A stretch of DNA of 64,000 nucleotides from Candidatus Pelagibacter sp. Lineage in GTDB: Bacteria; Pseudomonadota; Alphaproteobacteria; Pelagibacterales; Pelagibacteraceae. The DNA is taken from contig NZ_JBNGZQ010000001.1 in the NCBI RefSeq assembly GCF_052049575.1, positions 40,209 to 104,208 on the forward strand, written 5' to 3'. Made by a program: the position numbers and the translations under genes. Of the stretch, positions 49,165 to 59,084 are shown piece by piece (position 1 is the stretch's first letter; each line of letters begins with the position of its first letter). The notes beneath the pieces are model-generated. The model saw only the letters and a program-made list of their open reading frames with translations. It made no database searches and had not been told where the DNA came from.

Positions 49165-49926
49165 ATGAATAAAAAAACTATTTGGATCACAGGTGGTAGC
49201 ACAGGAATTGGTAAAGCTTTAGCAATAAAATTTGCTAAAGAAGGTTGGAATGTTGCAATATCTGCAAGACGTGAAAATTTACTAAAAGAAACTTGTGGAG
49301 AACATGAAAATATTAGTTCTTTTCCACTGGACGTAACTGATAAAAATAAATGTAAAGAAGTTTTTCAAAATATAGTAGATACTTTTAAGAATGTAGATAT
49401 TTGTTTTTTCTCAACTGGTACATGGGATCCAAAGAAAGAAAAAGATATTGATGTTGAACAAATTGAAAATGTATTTAAAGTAAATTTTTTTGGAACATTA
49501 AATAGTGTTAAAGCTGTAGAGAAATATTTTAAAGATAAAAAAAGTGGAACTATCACAATAGTCTCCTCTATTGCGGGTTACCGAGGATTACCTAATTCAA
49601 CTGGATATGGGCCATCTAAATCAGCTTTAAATAATTTAGCTGAAAGCTTATATTTTGATTTTGGTAGATCAAATGTTCGAGTATGTCTTGTCTCACCAGG
49701 TTTTATTAAAACACCAATGACTGACAAAAATGATTTTAAAATGCCTTTCTTAAAAACTTCTGAATATGCTGCAGAAAAAATTTATGATGGTTTAGTAAAC
49801 AAAAATTCTTTTGAAATTCATTTTCCAAAATCTTTAACAATTATATTGAAAATTTTAAGTTTCTTACCAAACAAAATTTATTTTGGATTAATTGGAAAAC
49901 TTACAAAATACCAAAAAAAAAATTAA
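49165..49926 (+). CDS. Short-chain dehydrogenase/reductase
   Basis: ITGGSTGIG, ISARR, VNFFG, SSIAGYRGLP, YGPSK (YxxxK), PGFIKTPMT. Confidence 0.93.
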   Translation: MNKKTIWITGGSTGIGKALAIKFAKEGWNVAISARRENLLKETCGEHENISSFPLDVTDKNKCKEVFQNIVDTFKNVDICFFSTGTWDPKKEKDIDVEQIENVFKVNFFGTLNSVKAVEKYFKDKKSGTITIVSSIAGYRGLPNSTGYGPSKSALNNLAESLYFDFGRSNVRVCLVSPGFIKTPMTDKNDFKMPFLKTSEYAAEKIYDGLVNKNSFEIHFPKSLTIILKILSFLPNKIYFGLIGKLTKYQKKN

Positions 49927-50471
49927 TCTTTTACAAAAACTACGGTTAATTCTGCTACTTTGAATCCAAATTTAGTCATTGTAGCCCTATTAATTGCTAC
50001 ACGTTCATCTTGTTTGAAAATCCAATCATCAAAAGTTATTTTCATTTCTTTACCTTTGACCGGAACTAACAAAACATATTCAAATTTAAAAGCTGGACCA
50101 TATGAATATCCTTTCGCTTTACCAACAACATCTCCTGCAGTACCCTCATAATTATTTTCATCGATTTTGGTGATCTGCCATTGTCTAGTTTGAATTTCCC
50201 CATCATCCCAATTAAATTTTTCGTCGAGTATCAATTGTTTACCGTCCCATTTTCCATTTAAATTTGCAGAAAATTGTCTTGTGACTTTTCCAGATCTATT
50301 TTGAAGCACCCCCCAAGCTTTTACATTGCCTGACAAATAATTTTCAATAATCAATCTAGGTTCTTTATTTTTAAAATCTTCTGGTTTCATAGCGCTGTTT
50401 TTTGAGCAGTTTGTAATTAAGAAAAGAAAAATTATCAATAAAATTGATTTGCTATTTTTAAGTTTAATCAT
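49923..50471 (-). CDS. DUF3833-family lipoprotein
   Basis: Lipobox-like LITNC, YLSG.VKAWG....RSG.VTR.F, L.EKF.WDDG, YEGTAGDVVG.A.G, FDDWIF...E..AINRA.MTKFG. Confidence 0.88.
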   Translation of the reverse strand: MIKLKNSKSILLIIFLFLITNCSKNSAMKPEDFKNKEPRLIIENYLSGNVKAWGVLQNRSGKVTRQFSANLNGKWDGKQLILDEKFNWDDGEIQTRQWQITKIDENNYEGTAGDVVGKAKGYSYGPAFKFEYVLLVPVKGKEMKITFDDWIFKQDERVAINRATMTKFGFKVAELTVVFVKD

Positions 50472-50487
50472 TCGTTTCCTTTAAAGA

Positions 50488-51666
50488 TCATTTATTTTGA
50501 AGTGAAAATTGAATTAAATCTATATTTTTTGATTTAAATCCTGCCTCACAATAAGAAAGGTAAAATTCCCACATTCTTTTAAAAGTCAAATCAAAACCTT
50601 GTTTCTTAATTAAATTCCACTTCTTATTAAATTCATTTCTCCATATTGCTAATGTATCAGAATAATGATCTGCATAAGAGTCATATGACTTTATAGCTAG
50701 ACCATTTTCTGAAACATATTTATTAATAATATTCTTACTTGGTAAAAATCCTCCAGGAAAAATATATTTTTGGATGAAATCTGTCTTATTTTTATATCGG
50801 TCAAACATATTATCATCTATTGTGATAGCCTGAATAGCAGCTCTCCCATTATCTGATAGATTATCTTTAATAGTTTTAAAATAACTTTCTAGGTAATTTT
50901 GTCCAACAGCTTCTATCATTTCTATTGAAGCTATTGAATTATATTTATTTTTTAAATCTCTATAATCTTTAATTTCAATGTTTACTTTTTCATTTAGACC
51001 ACATTCATGAATTCTTTTTTTAGCATATTCAAATTGTTTTTTTGATATAGTAATGCAATCTAATTTAACATCATATTTTTTTCCTAAATATTCTGCAAAA
51101 CCACCCCAACCACATCCAATCTCTAAAATTTTGTCACCATTATTTGGTTTAATTAAATCAATTAATTTTTGATATTTATTATTTTGTGCGTTAGACAAAT
51201 CTTTATTCTTCTCATCAAATATTGCACTTGAATAAGTTAAAGTTTTATCAAGCCATAGTGCAAAAAACTCATTGCCTAAGTCATAATGTTTTGAAATATT
51301 ATCCTTACTTCGACCTCTGGTGTTCTTAATAAATAAATTTCTTGCATAGTTGATTACTGGAAAATCTAATAGACCAGAAAATTTATAAATTATTTTGATA
51401 TTTCTTGCAGTAATTTCAATCAGGTTTGAAAGATTATCAGTTTCAAATTCATCCTTCATATAAGATTCTGCAAAACCAACACTTCCTCCTTTTATTAGGT
51501 TGAAAGTAAAATTTGGTTTTTTAATTTTTAAAACTGATTTTAAAGGACTGCTAGGGTTTCCAATTTTTAATAATCCACCGTTATATTTTGTGATCTCTAA
51601 ATACCCATACTTTATATCTTTTAAAATTTTGAAGACAATTTGATCTGAAAAATTATATAAGCTCAT
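50488..51666 (-). CDS. cfa: Cfa-family SAM-dependent fatty-acyl methyltransferase (cyclopropane synthase or UfaM-like)
   Basis: NISKHYDLGNEFF.LWLD.TLTYSSA, LEIGCGWGG, SIEMIEAVG, FIQKYIFPGG.LPS, RMWEFYL.YCEAGF. The exact chemistry cannot be decided from motifs. Confidence 0.85.
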   Translation of the reverse strand: MSLYNFSDQIVFKILKDIKYGYLEITKYNGGLLKIGNPSSPLKSVLKIKKPNFTFNLIKGGSVGFAESYMKDEFETDNLSNLIEITARNIKIIYKFSGLLDFPVINYARNLFIKNTRGRSKDNISKHYDLGNEFFALWLDKTLTYSSAIFDEKNKDLSNAQNNKYQKLIDLIKPNNGDKILEIGCGWGGFAEYLGKKYDVKLDCITISKKQFEYAKKRIHECGLNEKVNIEIKDYRDLKNKYNSIASIEMIEAVGQNYLESYFKTIKDNLSDNGRAAIQAITIDDNMFDRYKNKTDFIQKYIFPGGFLPSKNIINKYVSENGLAIKSYDSYADHYSDTLAIWRNEFNKKWNLIKKQGFDLTFKRMWEFYLSYCEAGFKSKNIDLIQFSLQNK

Positions 51667-52427
51667 TAATTCTCAAAAGTAATATTGTTTTTAATTTTAA
51701 GTTTTTTTTTTACAAATTTTATTCCTTTAAGCCATAATTTAAAGGCTTCAAAATGTATCGCCGATATAACTTTAAATGTCATTAACGGGTGTTTTATGTA
51801 TGATTTAAGTAATTCTGTGGTTGTAAATTCTGCCCTTTTTCCTTCTTGTGATGCAAATAAGATTTTTTCATTTTGCTGATATTGATCAATTATGACTGAA
51901 ATCTTTTCAGAGGGTTTTAAGATTCTAAAAAAATAATTACAATTCATTTCAATAAACGGAGACACATGAAATTTTTTGAAACAGTTGTGTTGTAACATGT
52001 TATTTTTCTCTACTCTAAAAATATAAGTATGTTGTTCTCCAAAAGTATTTTTTACCTCATATAATATCGAAATTAAATTTTCATTATGATCATAAACAAA
52101 GAAAACACTAAGAGGATTAAACACATAACCAAAAATTCTTGGATAGCACAAAAGCTTTATTCTTATATCTTTTGAAAAAATATTATTTTCCTCTAAATTT
52201 TTTTTCACCCATTCAGTCAAAGATGAGCCATCTCTTTGACCATGATCTTTGTCAAAAAAACTAATCAGATTAAACCGATTATATGAGAAAAAACTTATAT
52301 TTTTATTCAGATTATTTAGATCAGATAAATCGATTAATAATGAAAATACACTGTACTTAAAATAATGTTTTTTTGGTTTAAATCTTTTGTGTATTACCGT
52401 TCCATTGTAAATTGAGCTAGTCATCAA
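51666..52427 (-). CDS. DUF1365-family protein (UfaO-like)
   Basis: H.RF.P..H.F.Y, PRIFGYVFNPLSV, YEVKNTFGEQH.Y, K.FHVSPF, IH.EAFKLWLKG. Confidence 0.92.
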   Translation of the reverse strand: MMTSSIYNGTVIHKRFKPKKHYFKYSVFSLLIDLSDLNNLNKNISFFSYNRFNLISFFDKDHGQRDGSSLTEWVKKNLEENNIFSKDIRIKLLCYPRIFGYVFNPLSVFFVYDHNENLISILYEVKNTFGEQHTYIFRVEKNNMLQHNCFKKFHVSPFIEMNCNYFFRILKPSEKISVIIDQYQQNEKILFASQEGKRAEFTTTELLKSYIKHPLMTFKVISAIHFEAFKLWLKGIKFVKKKLKIKNNITFEN

Positions 52428-53658
52428 GGTTTTTTAGCATTTCAATTGATGATTTTATTCCATCTTCATGAAAACCGTAACCAAAATAACTACCGCAAAA
52501 AAGAATATTTCTTTTATTTTGCAAATTTTTAAGCTTAATTTGATAATCTAAAGCAGATTGATCAAAATATGGGTGGGTGAATTTAACTTTTTTTAAAATT
52601 TTTGTTTCATCAATATCGAGGTATGGATTTAGTGTAAGAAATATATTTTTCTCACATTCTAAATTTTGAAGTAAATTTAACCAATAAGTGATTGAATTTT
52701 TTTCAATTTCATTTTTCTGCATAGATGAGTTCCAAGCACACCAGGCATTCTTGTTTTTTGGCATAACTGTCTCATCTGTGTGTATATAAGCCAAATTTTC
52801 TTTATAACTAAAATTTGACAAAACTTCTTTCTCTTGATCAGTTGGATTTTCAATCATTGATAATGCCTCGTCCGCATGTGTTGCAATAATTACTTTGTCG
52901 TAATCAAAAAATTCATTTTTTCCACCATAATACAAATCAATACCATTTGATTTACTAATGATTTTATTGACTTTATAATTCTTAAAATATTCTCCACTAA
53001 TTTTTGATAGAATAGTTTTTACATATGACCTGCTTCTATTTGAAACTGTGTACCACTGTGGTCTATTTTTAAGTTTAAATAATCCATGATTTTGAAAAAA
53101 TTTTAAAAAGAATTTTAAAGGCATCTTATTCGCAGCATATGGCGGCATCGACCAGATTGCTGACACCATAGGTATTAAATGATAATTGATAAATTCTTTT
53201 GAAAGATTATTTTTAATCAAATAATCACCCAATGTGATGTTCTCATTTATATTATCTAGCTTGTCGGATTTTTTATAAAATTTTATAATATCAAAAAACA
53301 TTTTTAAAAATTTAATATTAAATAAATTCATCTTGTTGGAAAAAATTCCATTTAATCCTTTTCCACAGTATTCGAAGTTTGTATCCTTTACTGATACAGA
53401 GAAAGACATGTTGCTTTTTTCAATTTCAATTTTATTTTCATTAAAAAAATTAATTAAATTTGGATAAGTTTTAAAGTTAAATACAATGAAGCCTATATCT
53501 ACCGATACTTTTTTGGTTCCAACTATTAGATCAATTGTGTGTGAATGACCACCAAAGTGATCTTCTTTTTCAAATAGATCAACATGATTATTTTTTGAAA
53601 GATAATAAGCAGCACTTAATCCTGAAATGCCTGAACCAACTACAGCAATTTTCATCAA
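52417..53658 (-). CDS. FAD/NAD(P)-binding oxidoreductase, amine-oxidase-like (UfaD-like)
   Basis: KIAVVGSGISGL, GGHSHT, VDIGFIVFN..TYPN, S.MSFS, SAIWS, FF.NHGL, IATHADEAL, TYWLN.LQ, CGSYFGYGFHEDG. Confidence 0.9.
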   Translation of the reverse strand: MMKIAVVGSGISGLSAAYYLSKNNHVDLFEKEDHFGGHSHTIDLIVGTKKVSVDIGFIVFNFKTYPNLINFFNENKIEIEKSNMSFSVSVKDTNFEYCGKGLNGIFSNKMNLFNIKFLKMFFDIIKFYKKSDKLDNINENITLGDYLIKNNLSKEFINYHLIPMVSAIWSMPPYAANKMPLKFFLKFFQNHGLFKLKNRPQWYTVSNRSRSYVKTILSKISGEYFKNYKVNKIISKSNGIDLYYGGKNEFFDYDKVIIATHADEALSMIENPTDQEKEVLSNFSYKENLAYIHTDETVMPKNKNAWCAWNSSMQKNEIEKNSITYWLNLLQNLECEKNIFLTLNPYLDIDETKILKKVKFTHPYFDQSALDYQIKLKNLQNKRNILFCGSYFGYGFHEDGIKSSIEMLKNLDD

Positions 53659-53661
53659 TAA

Positions 53662-56532
53662 TTATGCTGCATCTTCTTTAAATTCATCCATGCTTGGACA
53701 TGTACAGAAAATATTTTTATCACCATAGACATTGTCTACTCTTGCAACTGGTGGCCAAAATTTATTTACTTTTAAAAATTTAGCTGGATAAGCAGCCTCT
53801 TCTCTAGAATACTTGTGTGTCCAATTATCAGAGGCTAACTCAGTATCAGTATGAGGAGCGTTTTTAATTGGATTATCAACTTTATCAAATTTACCAGTTT
53901 TAATTAGATCAATTTCTTGTTTAATCTTAATTAAGGTGTCACAAAACCTATCTAGCTCTGACAGGTTCTCACTTTCTGTAGGTTCAATCATCATTGTTCC
54001 AGCCACAGGCCAAGACATTGTTGGTGCATGAAAACCAAAATCAATTAATCTTTTTGCGATATCTTCCTCAGTGACTCCCGTTTCTGATTTGATTGACCTA
54101 ATATCAATAATACATTCGTGAGCAACATTACCATTTGAACCTTTGTATAAGATTGGATAATGATCTTTCAGTCTTTCAGCAATATAATTTGCATTTAGTA
54201 TCGCAACTTTAGAAGCTAGTTTTAATCCCTCTGATCCCATCATTTTTATATACATCCAAGAAATTGATAAAATACTTGAGCTTCCCCATGGAGCAGCAGA
54301 CACAGCTCCAATTCCAGTCGCTGGACCACAATCTTTAACAACTGGATGATTTGGCAAATAAACTTGTAGATGTTTTTTACATGCAATAGGTCCCATACCT
54401 GGTCCACCCCCACCATGAGGGATACAAAATGTTTTATGTAAATTTATATGACAAACATCCGGACCAAAATTTCCAGGTTTGGCTATACCAACTAGTGCAT
54501 TCAAATTTGCCCCATCCATATACACTTGCCCACCATGTTTATGAATTAGTTCACATATATCCATGATTTTTTCCTCAAACACTCCATGAGTAGATGGATA
54601 TGTGACCATCAAAGCTCCTAAATTTTCTGAATGAAGCTCCGCTTTTTTCTTTAAATCATCAAAATCAACATTACCTTCTTTATCACAATTAACTACAACC
54701 ACTTTCATTCCAACCATTTGTGCACTAGCAGGATTGGTTCCATGTGCAGAGCTTGGTATTAAACATATGTTTCTATTTTTTTCACCCCTATCTAAATGAT
54801 ATTTTCTAATTACCATTAGTCCTGCATATTCGCCTTGAGCACCTGCATTTGGTTGAAGTGAAACTCCCGAAAAACCAGTAATTGATCTTAACCAGTTTTT
54901 TAAATCGGTAAATAATGTCCTATATCCCTCCATCTGCTCAATAGGTACAAATGGATGGGGCTCAGCTAATTCTCTCCATGAAATAGGTATCATTTCTGCG
55001 GTGGCATTTAATTTCATCGTGCAAGAGCCTAACGCTATCATGGTTCTGTTAAGAGCTATATCCTTGTCCTCTAATTTTTTAAGGTATCTAAGCATTTCTG
55101 TCTCAGAACGGTATGAATTAAAAACAGGATGTTCTAAATATTTAGAAGTTCTCAATAAACTTTTTGGTAAATTGGGTAAACTTACTGTTGGATCCTCTTT
55201 TTTTATAGACTCTGCTGCATTAAAAATTTTTAACAGTTGATTTACTCTATAAACATTTTTTTTCTCATCAAAAGAAACAGCAAGCATTTCAGAGTTTACT
55301 TTTCGAATATTAACTTTTTGATTTAAAGCATTTTTATAAATTTGATCAGTCTTTTCTTTAGTAATAATTGTAACAGTATCAAAAAAGTAATCAGAATATA
55401 TTTCATATCCAGATTGTTTTATTTTATCAGCAAAATTTTTTGCTAATTGAGAAACTCTCTCAGAAATTTTATTAATTCCATCTGGACCATGATAAATGGC
55501 ATAAGCTGCTGATACTATAGCTAACAACGCTTGAGCTGTACAAATGTTACTTGTAGCTTTGTCTCTTCTAATATGCTGCTCTCTAGTCTGTAGTGACAAT
55601 CTATAAGCCTTGTTTCCATGTCTATCTACTGAAACACCAACTATTCTACCTGGCATAGATCTTTTGTATTCATCTTTTGTTGCAAAAAATGCAGCATGTG
55701 GTCCGCCATAACCCATTGGAATACCAAATCTTTGTGAACTACCAACTGCAATATCAGCCCCAAGTTCTCTCGGCGTCTTAAGTTTAGCAAGCGCAAGAAG
55801 ATCGCAAGCTAAAATAGCTTTACCATTTTTTTTATGAATTTTACTTATTGCCTCGCTTGGATCTTTAATATCTCCTAAGGTTCCAGGATACTGTAATATT
55901 CCACAAACAATATCCTCTTTTAATTGTTCTAAAACTTTGTCTTCATTTCCAACAAGAACTTTGAGACCCATAGGCTCTGCTCTAGTTCTAATAACCTCAA
56001 CAGTTTGGGGGTGGCAATTTTCTGAGACAAAAACTAAATTACTATCACTTTTATCAAGTCTATAACTTAAACCCATAGCTTCTGCTGCAGCTGTACCCTC
56101 ATCCAATAAAGATGCATTTGCAATATCCATTCCTGTAAAATCAACAATCATTTGCTGAAAGTTTAAAAGCATCTCCAGTCTTCCTTGAGCCACTTCTGGT
56201 TGATAAGGCGTGTATGATGTGTACCAGCCTGGATTTTCCAATATATTTCTTAAAATTACGTAAGGTGTGTATGTACCATAATAGCCCATGCCAATAAAAT
56301 TTGAGTAAATTTCATTTTTTTTAGAAATTGCTTTTAATTTTCTTAATGCTTCGTATTCTGAATTAGACTCACCAATATTAAGTTCACCCTTAAACTGTAT
56401 TTTTTCTGGAACTGTATTATCAATTAAATCATCTAATGATTTATAATTTAATTTTTTTAACATTTTAGATTGATCATCTTCAGATGGACCAATGTGTCTT
56501 TTTATAAAATCTTTTTCGGAATTATGTAACAT
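53662..56532 (-). CDS. gcvP: Glycine dehydrogenase (decarboxylating), single-chain P protein
   Basis: FIKRHIGP, YTPYQPEVAQGRLE, NASLLDEGTAAAEA, QRFGIPMGYGGPHA, LGSCTMKLNA, PLP-lysine motif HINLHKTF. Confidence 0.98.
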   Translation of the reverse strand: MLHNSEKDFIKRHIGPSEDDQSKMLKKLNYKSLDDLIDNTVPEKIQFKGELNIGESNSEYEALRKLKAISKKNEIYSNFIGMGYYGTYTPYVILRNILENPGWYTSYTPYQPEVAQGRLEMLLNFQQMIVDFTGMDIANASLLDEGTAAAEAMGLSYRLDKSDSNLVFVSENCHPQTVEVIRTRAEPMGLKVLVGNEDKVLEQLKEDIVCGILQYPGTLGDIKDPSEAISKIHKKNGKAILACDLLALAKLKTPRELGADIAVGSSQRFGIPMGYGGPHAAFFATKDEYKRSMPGRIVGVSVDRHGNKAYRLSLQTREQHIRRDKATSNICTAQALLAIVSAAYAIYHGPDGINKISERVSQLAKNFADKIKQSGYEIYSDYFFDTVTIITKEKTDQIYKNALNQKVNIRKVNSEMLAVSFDEKKNVYRVNQLLKIFNAAESIKKEDPTVSLPNLPKSLLRTSKYLEHPVFNSYRSETEMLRYLKKLEDKDIALNRTMIALGSCTMKLNATAEMIPISWRELAEPHPFVPIEQMEGYRTLFTDLKNWLRSITGFSGVSLQPNAGAQGEYAGLMVIRKYHLDRGEKNRNICLIPSSAHGTNPASAQMVGMKVVVVNCDKEGNVDFDDLKKKAELHSENLGALMVTYPSTHGVFEEKIMDICELIHKHGGQVYMDGANLNALVGIAKPGNFGPDVCHINLHKTFCIPHGGGGPGMGPIACKKHLQVYLPNHPVVKDCGPATGIGAVSAAPWGSSSILSISWMYIKMMGSEGLKLASKVAILNANYIAERLKDHYPILYKGSNGNVAHECIIDIRSIKSETGVTEEDIAKRLIDFGFHAPTMSWPVAGTMMIEPTESENLSELDRFCDTLIKIKQEIDLIKTGKFDKVDNPIKNAPHTDTELASDNWTHKYSREEAAYPAKFLKVNKFWPPVARVDNVYGDKNIFCTCPSMDEFKEDAA

Positions 56533-56912
56533 TAGGTATTATTCTCCTTTGCAAATTTATCATAGTCATCTTTGTTCATTAAAGAGTCCATTTCAGATTT
56601 ATCTTTTATTTTTAATTTGAAGAACCAAGCAGAATTTTCAGGATCTTGATTTATTTTTGATGGATCATCCACAATCTCTTGGTTTGTATCAACAACTTTA
56701 CCACTCACTGGAGTATAAACATCGCTTGCAGCTTTAGTAGACTCTACAACTCCTGCTGTTCCATCTTTTTCTACACTAGAACCTTTTTCTGGAAGCTCTG
56801 CAAACACAATATCTCCTAGCATTTCCGTTGCATGCTTTGTTATCCCAATTGTTGCAACATCACCTTCTAATTTAATCCATTCATGCTCTTTAGAATATTT
56901 TACTTCACTCAT
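56532..56912 (-). CDS. gcvH: Glycine cleavage system H protein
   Basis: [20 protein letters not shown], lipoyl motif [12 protein letters not shown]. Confidence 0.98.
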   Translation of the reverse strand: MSEVKYSKEHEWIKLEGDVATIGITKHATEMLGDIVFAELPEKGSSVEKDGTAGVVESTKAASDVYTPVSGKVVDTNQEIVDDPSKINQDPENSAWFFKLKIKDKSEMDSLMNKDDYDKFAKENNT

Positions 56913-58015
56913 TAATTTACTCCTTTTACGTAACTTTTTTTATAAAATGGTAAACTGCAAATGTTTGCTGCATATTTTTTACCTCGTACCTCTAAGAATA
57001 CTTTAGTGTTTTTTTTTGAAAATTTATTTTCCACATAGCCCATTGCTACAGGTCCATTTACACTTGGCCCAAATGTGCCACTAGTAATTTCTCCAATATG
57101 AACATCTGATTGGTTGAATATTTTTGTTTTCTCTCTGGCAATTATTCTTCCCTCAGGTTTAATCCCAACTCTTATTTTGGTGACACCGTCATTTAATTGT
57201 TTAATAATTATGTCCGAACCAATGAAGTCACCTTTGGAAATTCTTTCTTTTGAAATTGCCCATTTCAAATTCGCTTCAACTGGAGTTTTATCTTTATCAA
57301 GGTCATGACCATACAAGCATAAGCCAGCTTCTAATCTTAGAGTATCTCTTGCTCCTAAGCCTGCTAATTTAGATCCTTTATTAATAAATTCTCTGGTCAA
57401 TTTTTCTGCAAAATTATTTGGAATTGATATTTCAAAACCATCTTCACCTGTATACCCGGATCGAGTAATGTATACTTTGTGATTGTCAAATAAGAACCAG
57501 CTTCCAGACATAAAATTTAAATCTTTTACTCCATCAATGACATCATTTAGGATTTGCGATGATTTAGGTCCCTGAATTGCAATTAAAGATCTGTTTTCAT
57601 CCAAAACCATTTTATACTTTTCGTTTAACAATTCCTTTAAAATTTTAAAATCATTGTCTTTACACGCTGCATTAAGAATTATTAAAAAGCCTTCATCAAT
57701 TTTTGTAATGATTAAATCATCTTGTATCCCAGCATCTTTATCCATTAGGAAGCTGTATTTAGAATGATTTAGTTTCAAATTTTTCAAATCTAATGGAAAA
57801 ATTTTTTCTAAATCTTTAATTAATTCATCGCCACCATAAATAAATAATTGACCCATATGTGAAACATCAAAAATACCAGAGTGATTTCTTGTAAATTTAT
57901 GCTCCTCCACAATACCTTCAGAATATTGGATTGGCATCTGATAACCTGCAAATTCAACAAACTTTGCGTTACAATCTTGATGTAATTGATAAAGCGATGT
58001 TTTTTTTGTTTCCAT
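56912..58015 (-). CDS. gcvT: Glycine cleavage system aminomethyltransferase T
   Basis: [49 protein letters not shown]. Confidence 0.98.
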   Translation of the reverse strand: METKKTSLYQLHQDCNAKFVEFAGYQMPIQYSEGIVEEHKFTRNHSGIFDVSHMGQLFIYGGDELIKDLEKIFPLDLKNLKLNHSKYSFLMDKDAGIQDDLIITKIDEGFLIILNAACKDNDFKILKELLNEKYKMVLDENRSLIAIQGPKSSQILNDVIDGVKDLNFMSGSWFLFDNHKVYITRSGYTGEDGFEISIPNNFAEKLTREFINKGSKLAGLGARDTLRLEAGLCLYGHDLDKDKTPVEANLKWAISKERISKGDFIGSDIIIKQLNDGVTKIRVGIKPEGRIIAREKTKIFNQSDVHIGEITSGTFGPSVNGPVAMGYVENKFSKKNTKVFLEVRGKKYAANICSLPFYKKSYVKGVN

Positions 58016-58029
58016 ATTAACTCTTTATA

Positions 58030-58178
58030 CCCATCTGTATATTTGCCTGAGAGTTTTGCTCCTTCGGCGAGAATTAAATCTCTTTCCAGAGTTAATATGT
58101 TACGGTCCTTTTTGCCTGAGAGATTCCCGGGTAGTTGCTCCTTCGGCGCTACGATAATCTGTAGTCTCTCCCGTAAAG
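58030..58178 (-). ncRNA. Tandem glycine riboswitch in the gcvT leader
   Basis: The minus strand carries two aptamers, each with GGA(G/A)AGA...CGCCGAAGGAGCAA...CTCTCAGGCAA. Aptamer 1 spans ~58178-58099 and is closed by TTACGG/CCGTAA; aptamer 2 spans ~58092-58030. It ends ~15 nt before the gcvT ATG. Confidence 0.95.
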
Positions 58179-58180
58179 CA

Positions 58181-58209
58181 ATAGTCCTATAAGTAACTTA
58201 AAATGTCAA
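58181..58209 (-). promoter_or_regulatory. Candidate sigma70 promoter for the riboswitch-gcvTHP transcript
   Basis: Minus-strand TTGACA (58209-58204, overlapping the DMT stop codon), 17-nt spacer, then GACTAT. The -35 is perfect and the -10 is weak. Confidence 0.35.
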
Positions 58210-59084
58210 TTGGAAACGATTGCCTTTGGTTTTTTTAAAAGGGTATAAAACTGAAGTAATACAGCAAAAAGTATTATTGCTCCTCCTATCAACCCATATA
58301 ATGATGGTATTTCGCTCACAAAAAGAAAAGCCCAAATAGGACCTAGAACAGACTCAGATAACATGATTATTCCAACCATTGCAGAAGGTGTTGTTCTTGC
58401 ACCAATTGTTATAAATATAAAACCAAAACCTATTTGAAAAAATCCAGCTAAAAAACCTAAAAAAATATCATGAGGTGAAATCATTATAGTTGGTGAAAGT
58501 GATAAACCAATAAGACATGAACTTACACCTGCAACAAACTGTGCTGGGACCATATCAACTGATGGAAATTTTCTAACGATCATTATTAAAACTGCAAAAG
58601 TAATTGGCATTGTGAAAGCTGCTAAATTTCCAGATAATTCTCCTGGAGATAATGAATTTCCAACCATTAACAGCACACCAGACATTGCTAAAATAATTGA
58701 AATTAACGTAATTAAATTTATTTTTTCTTTTAAGAAAAAAAAACCAAATATTGCTAAAAATAAGATTTGAAGTGATATGATGAAGTTAGTATTAGCAACA
58801 GTGGTGTTATACATGGCAAAAACATAACCACAGAAACCAATAGATAATATTAATCCACCAATAAAACCTGGTAATCCAGAGTCATAAAACGATTTTAAAA
58901 CTTTACTTTTATAAGTGATTATCAAAAAAGTTAAAACCGTAAGAGAGAAAAATAAGGATCTCCAAAATAATATCTGCCATAAAGTTGCACCTTCAAAAGA
59001 TTTAACTATTAATCCACCAAAGCTTAAACTAAGAGCACCAAAAAATATCAGTAATGGACCGGGTAAACTTTTTAAAATATTCAT
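58206..59084 (-). CDS. DMT/EamA-family transporter
   Basis: About 10 TM helices; QILFWRS, TTVANT, FGFFFLKEKI, ESVLGPIWAFLFVSE; start shares a base with the pxpC stop. Confidence 0.87.
   Translation of the reverse strand: MNILKSLPGPLLIFFGALSLSFGGLIVKSFEGATLWQILFWRSLFFSLTVLTFLIITYKSKVLKSFYDSGLPGFIGGLILSIGFCGYVFAMYNTTVANTNFIISLQILFLAIFGFFFLKEKINLITLISIILAMSGVLLMVGNSLSPGELSGNLAAFTMPITFAVLIMIVRKFPSVDMVPAQFVAGVSSCLIGLSLSPTIMISPHDIFLGFLAGFFQIGFGFIFITIGARTTPSAMVGIIMLSESVLGPIWAFLFVSEIPSLYGLIGGAIILFAVLLQFYTLLKKPKAIVSN

Noticed and set aside
57986-58192. 68-aa plus-strand ORF
   Set aside because: It is the antisense of the glycine riboswitch; the more GC-rich RNA structure explains the lack of stops.
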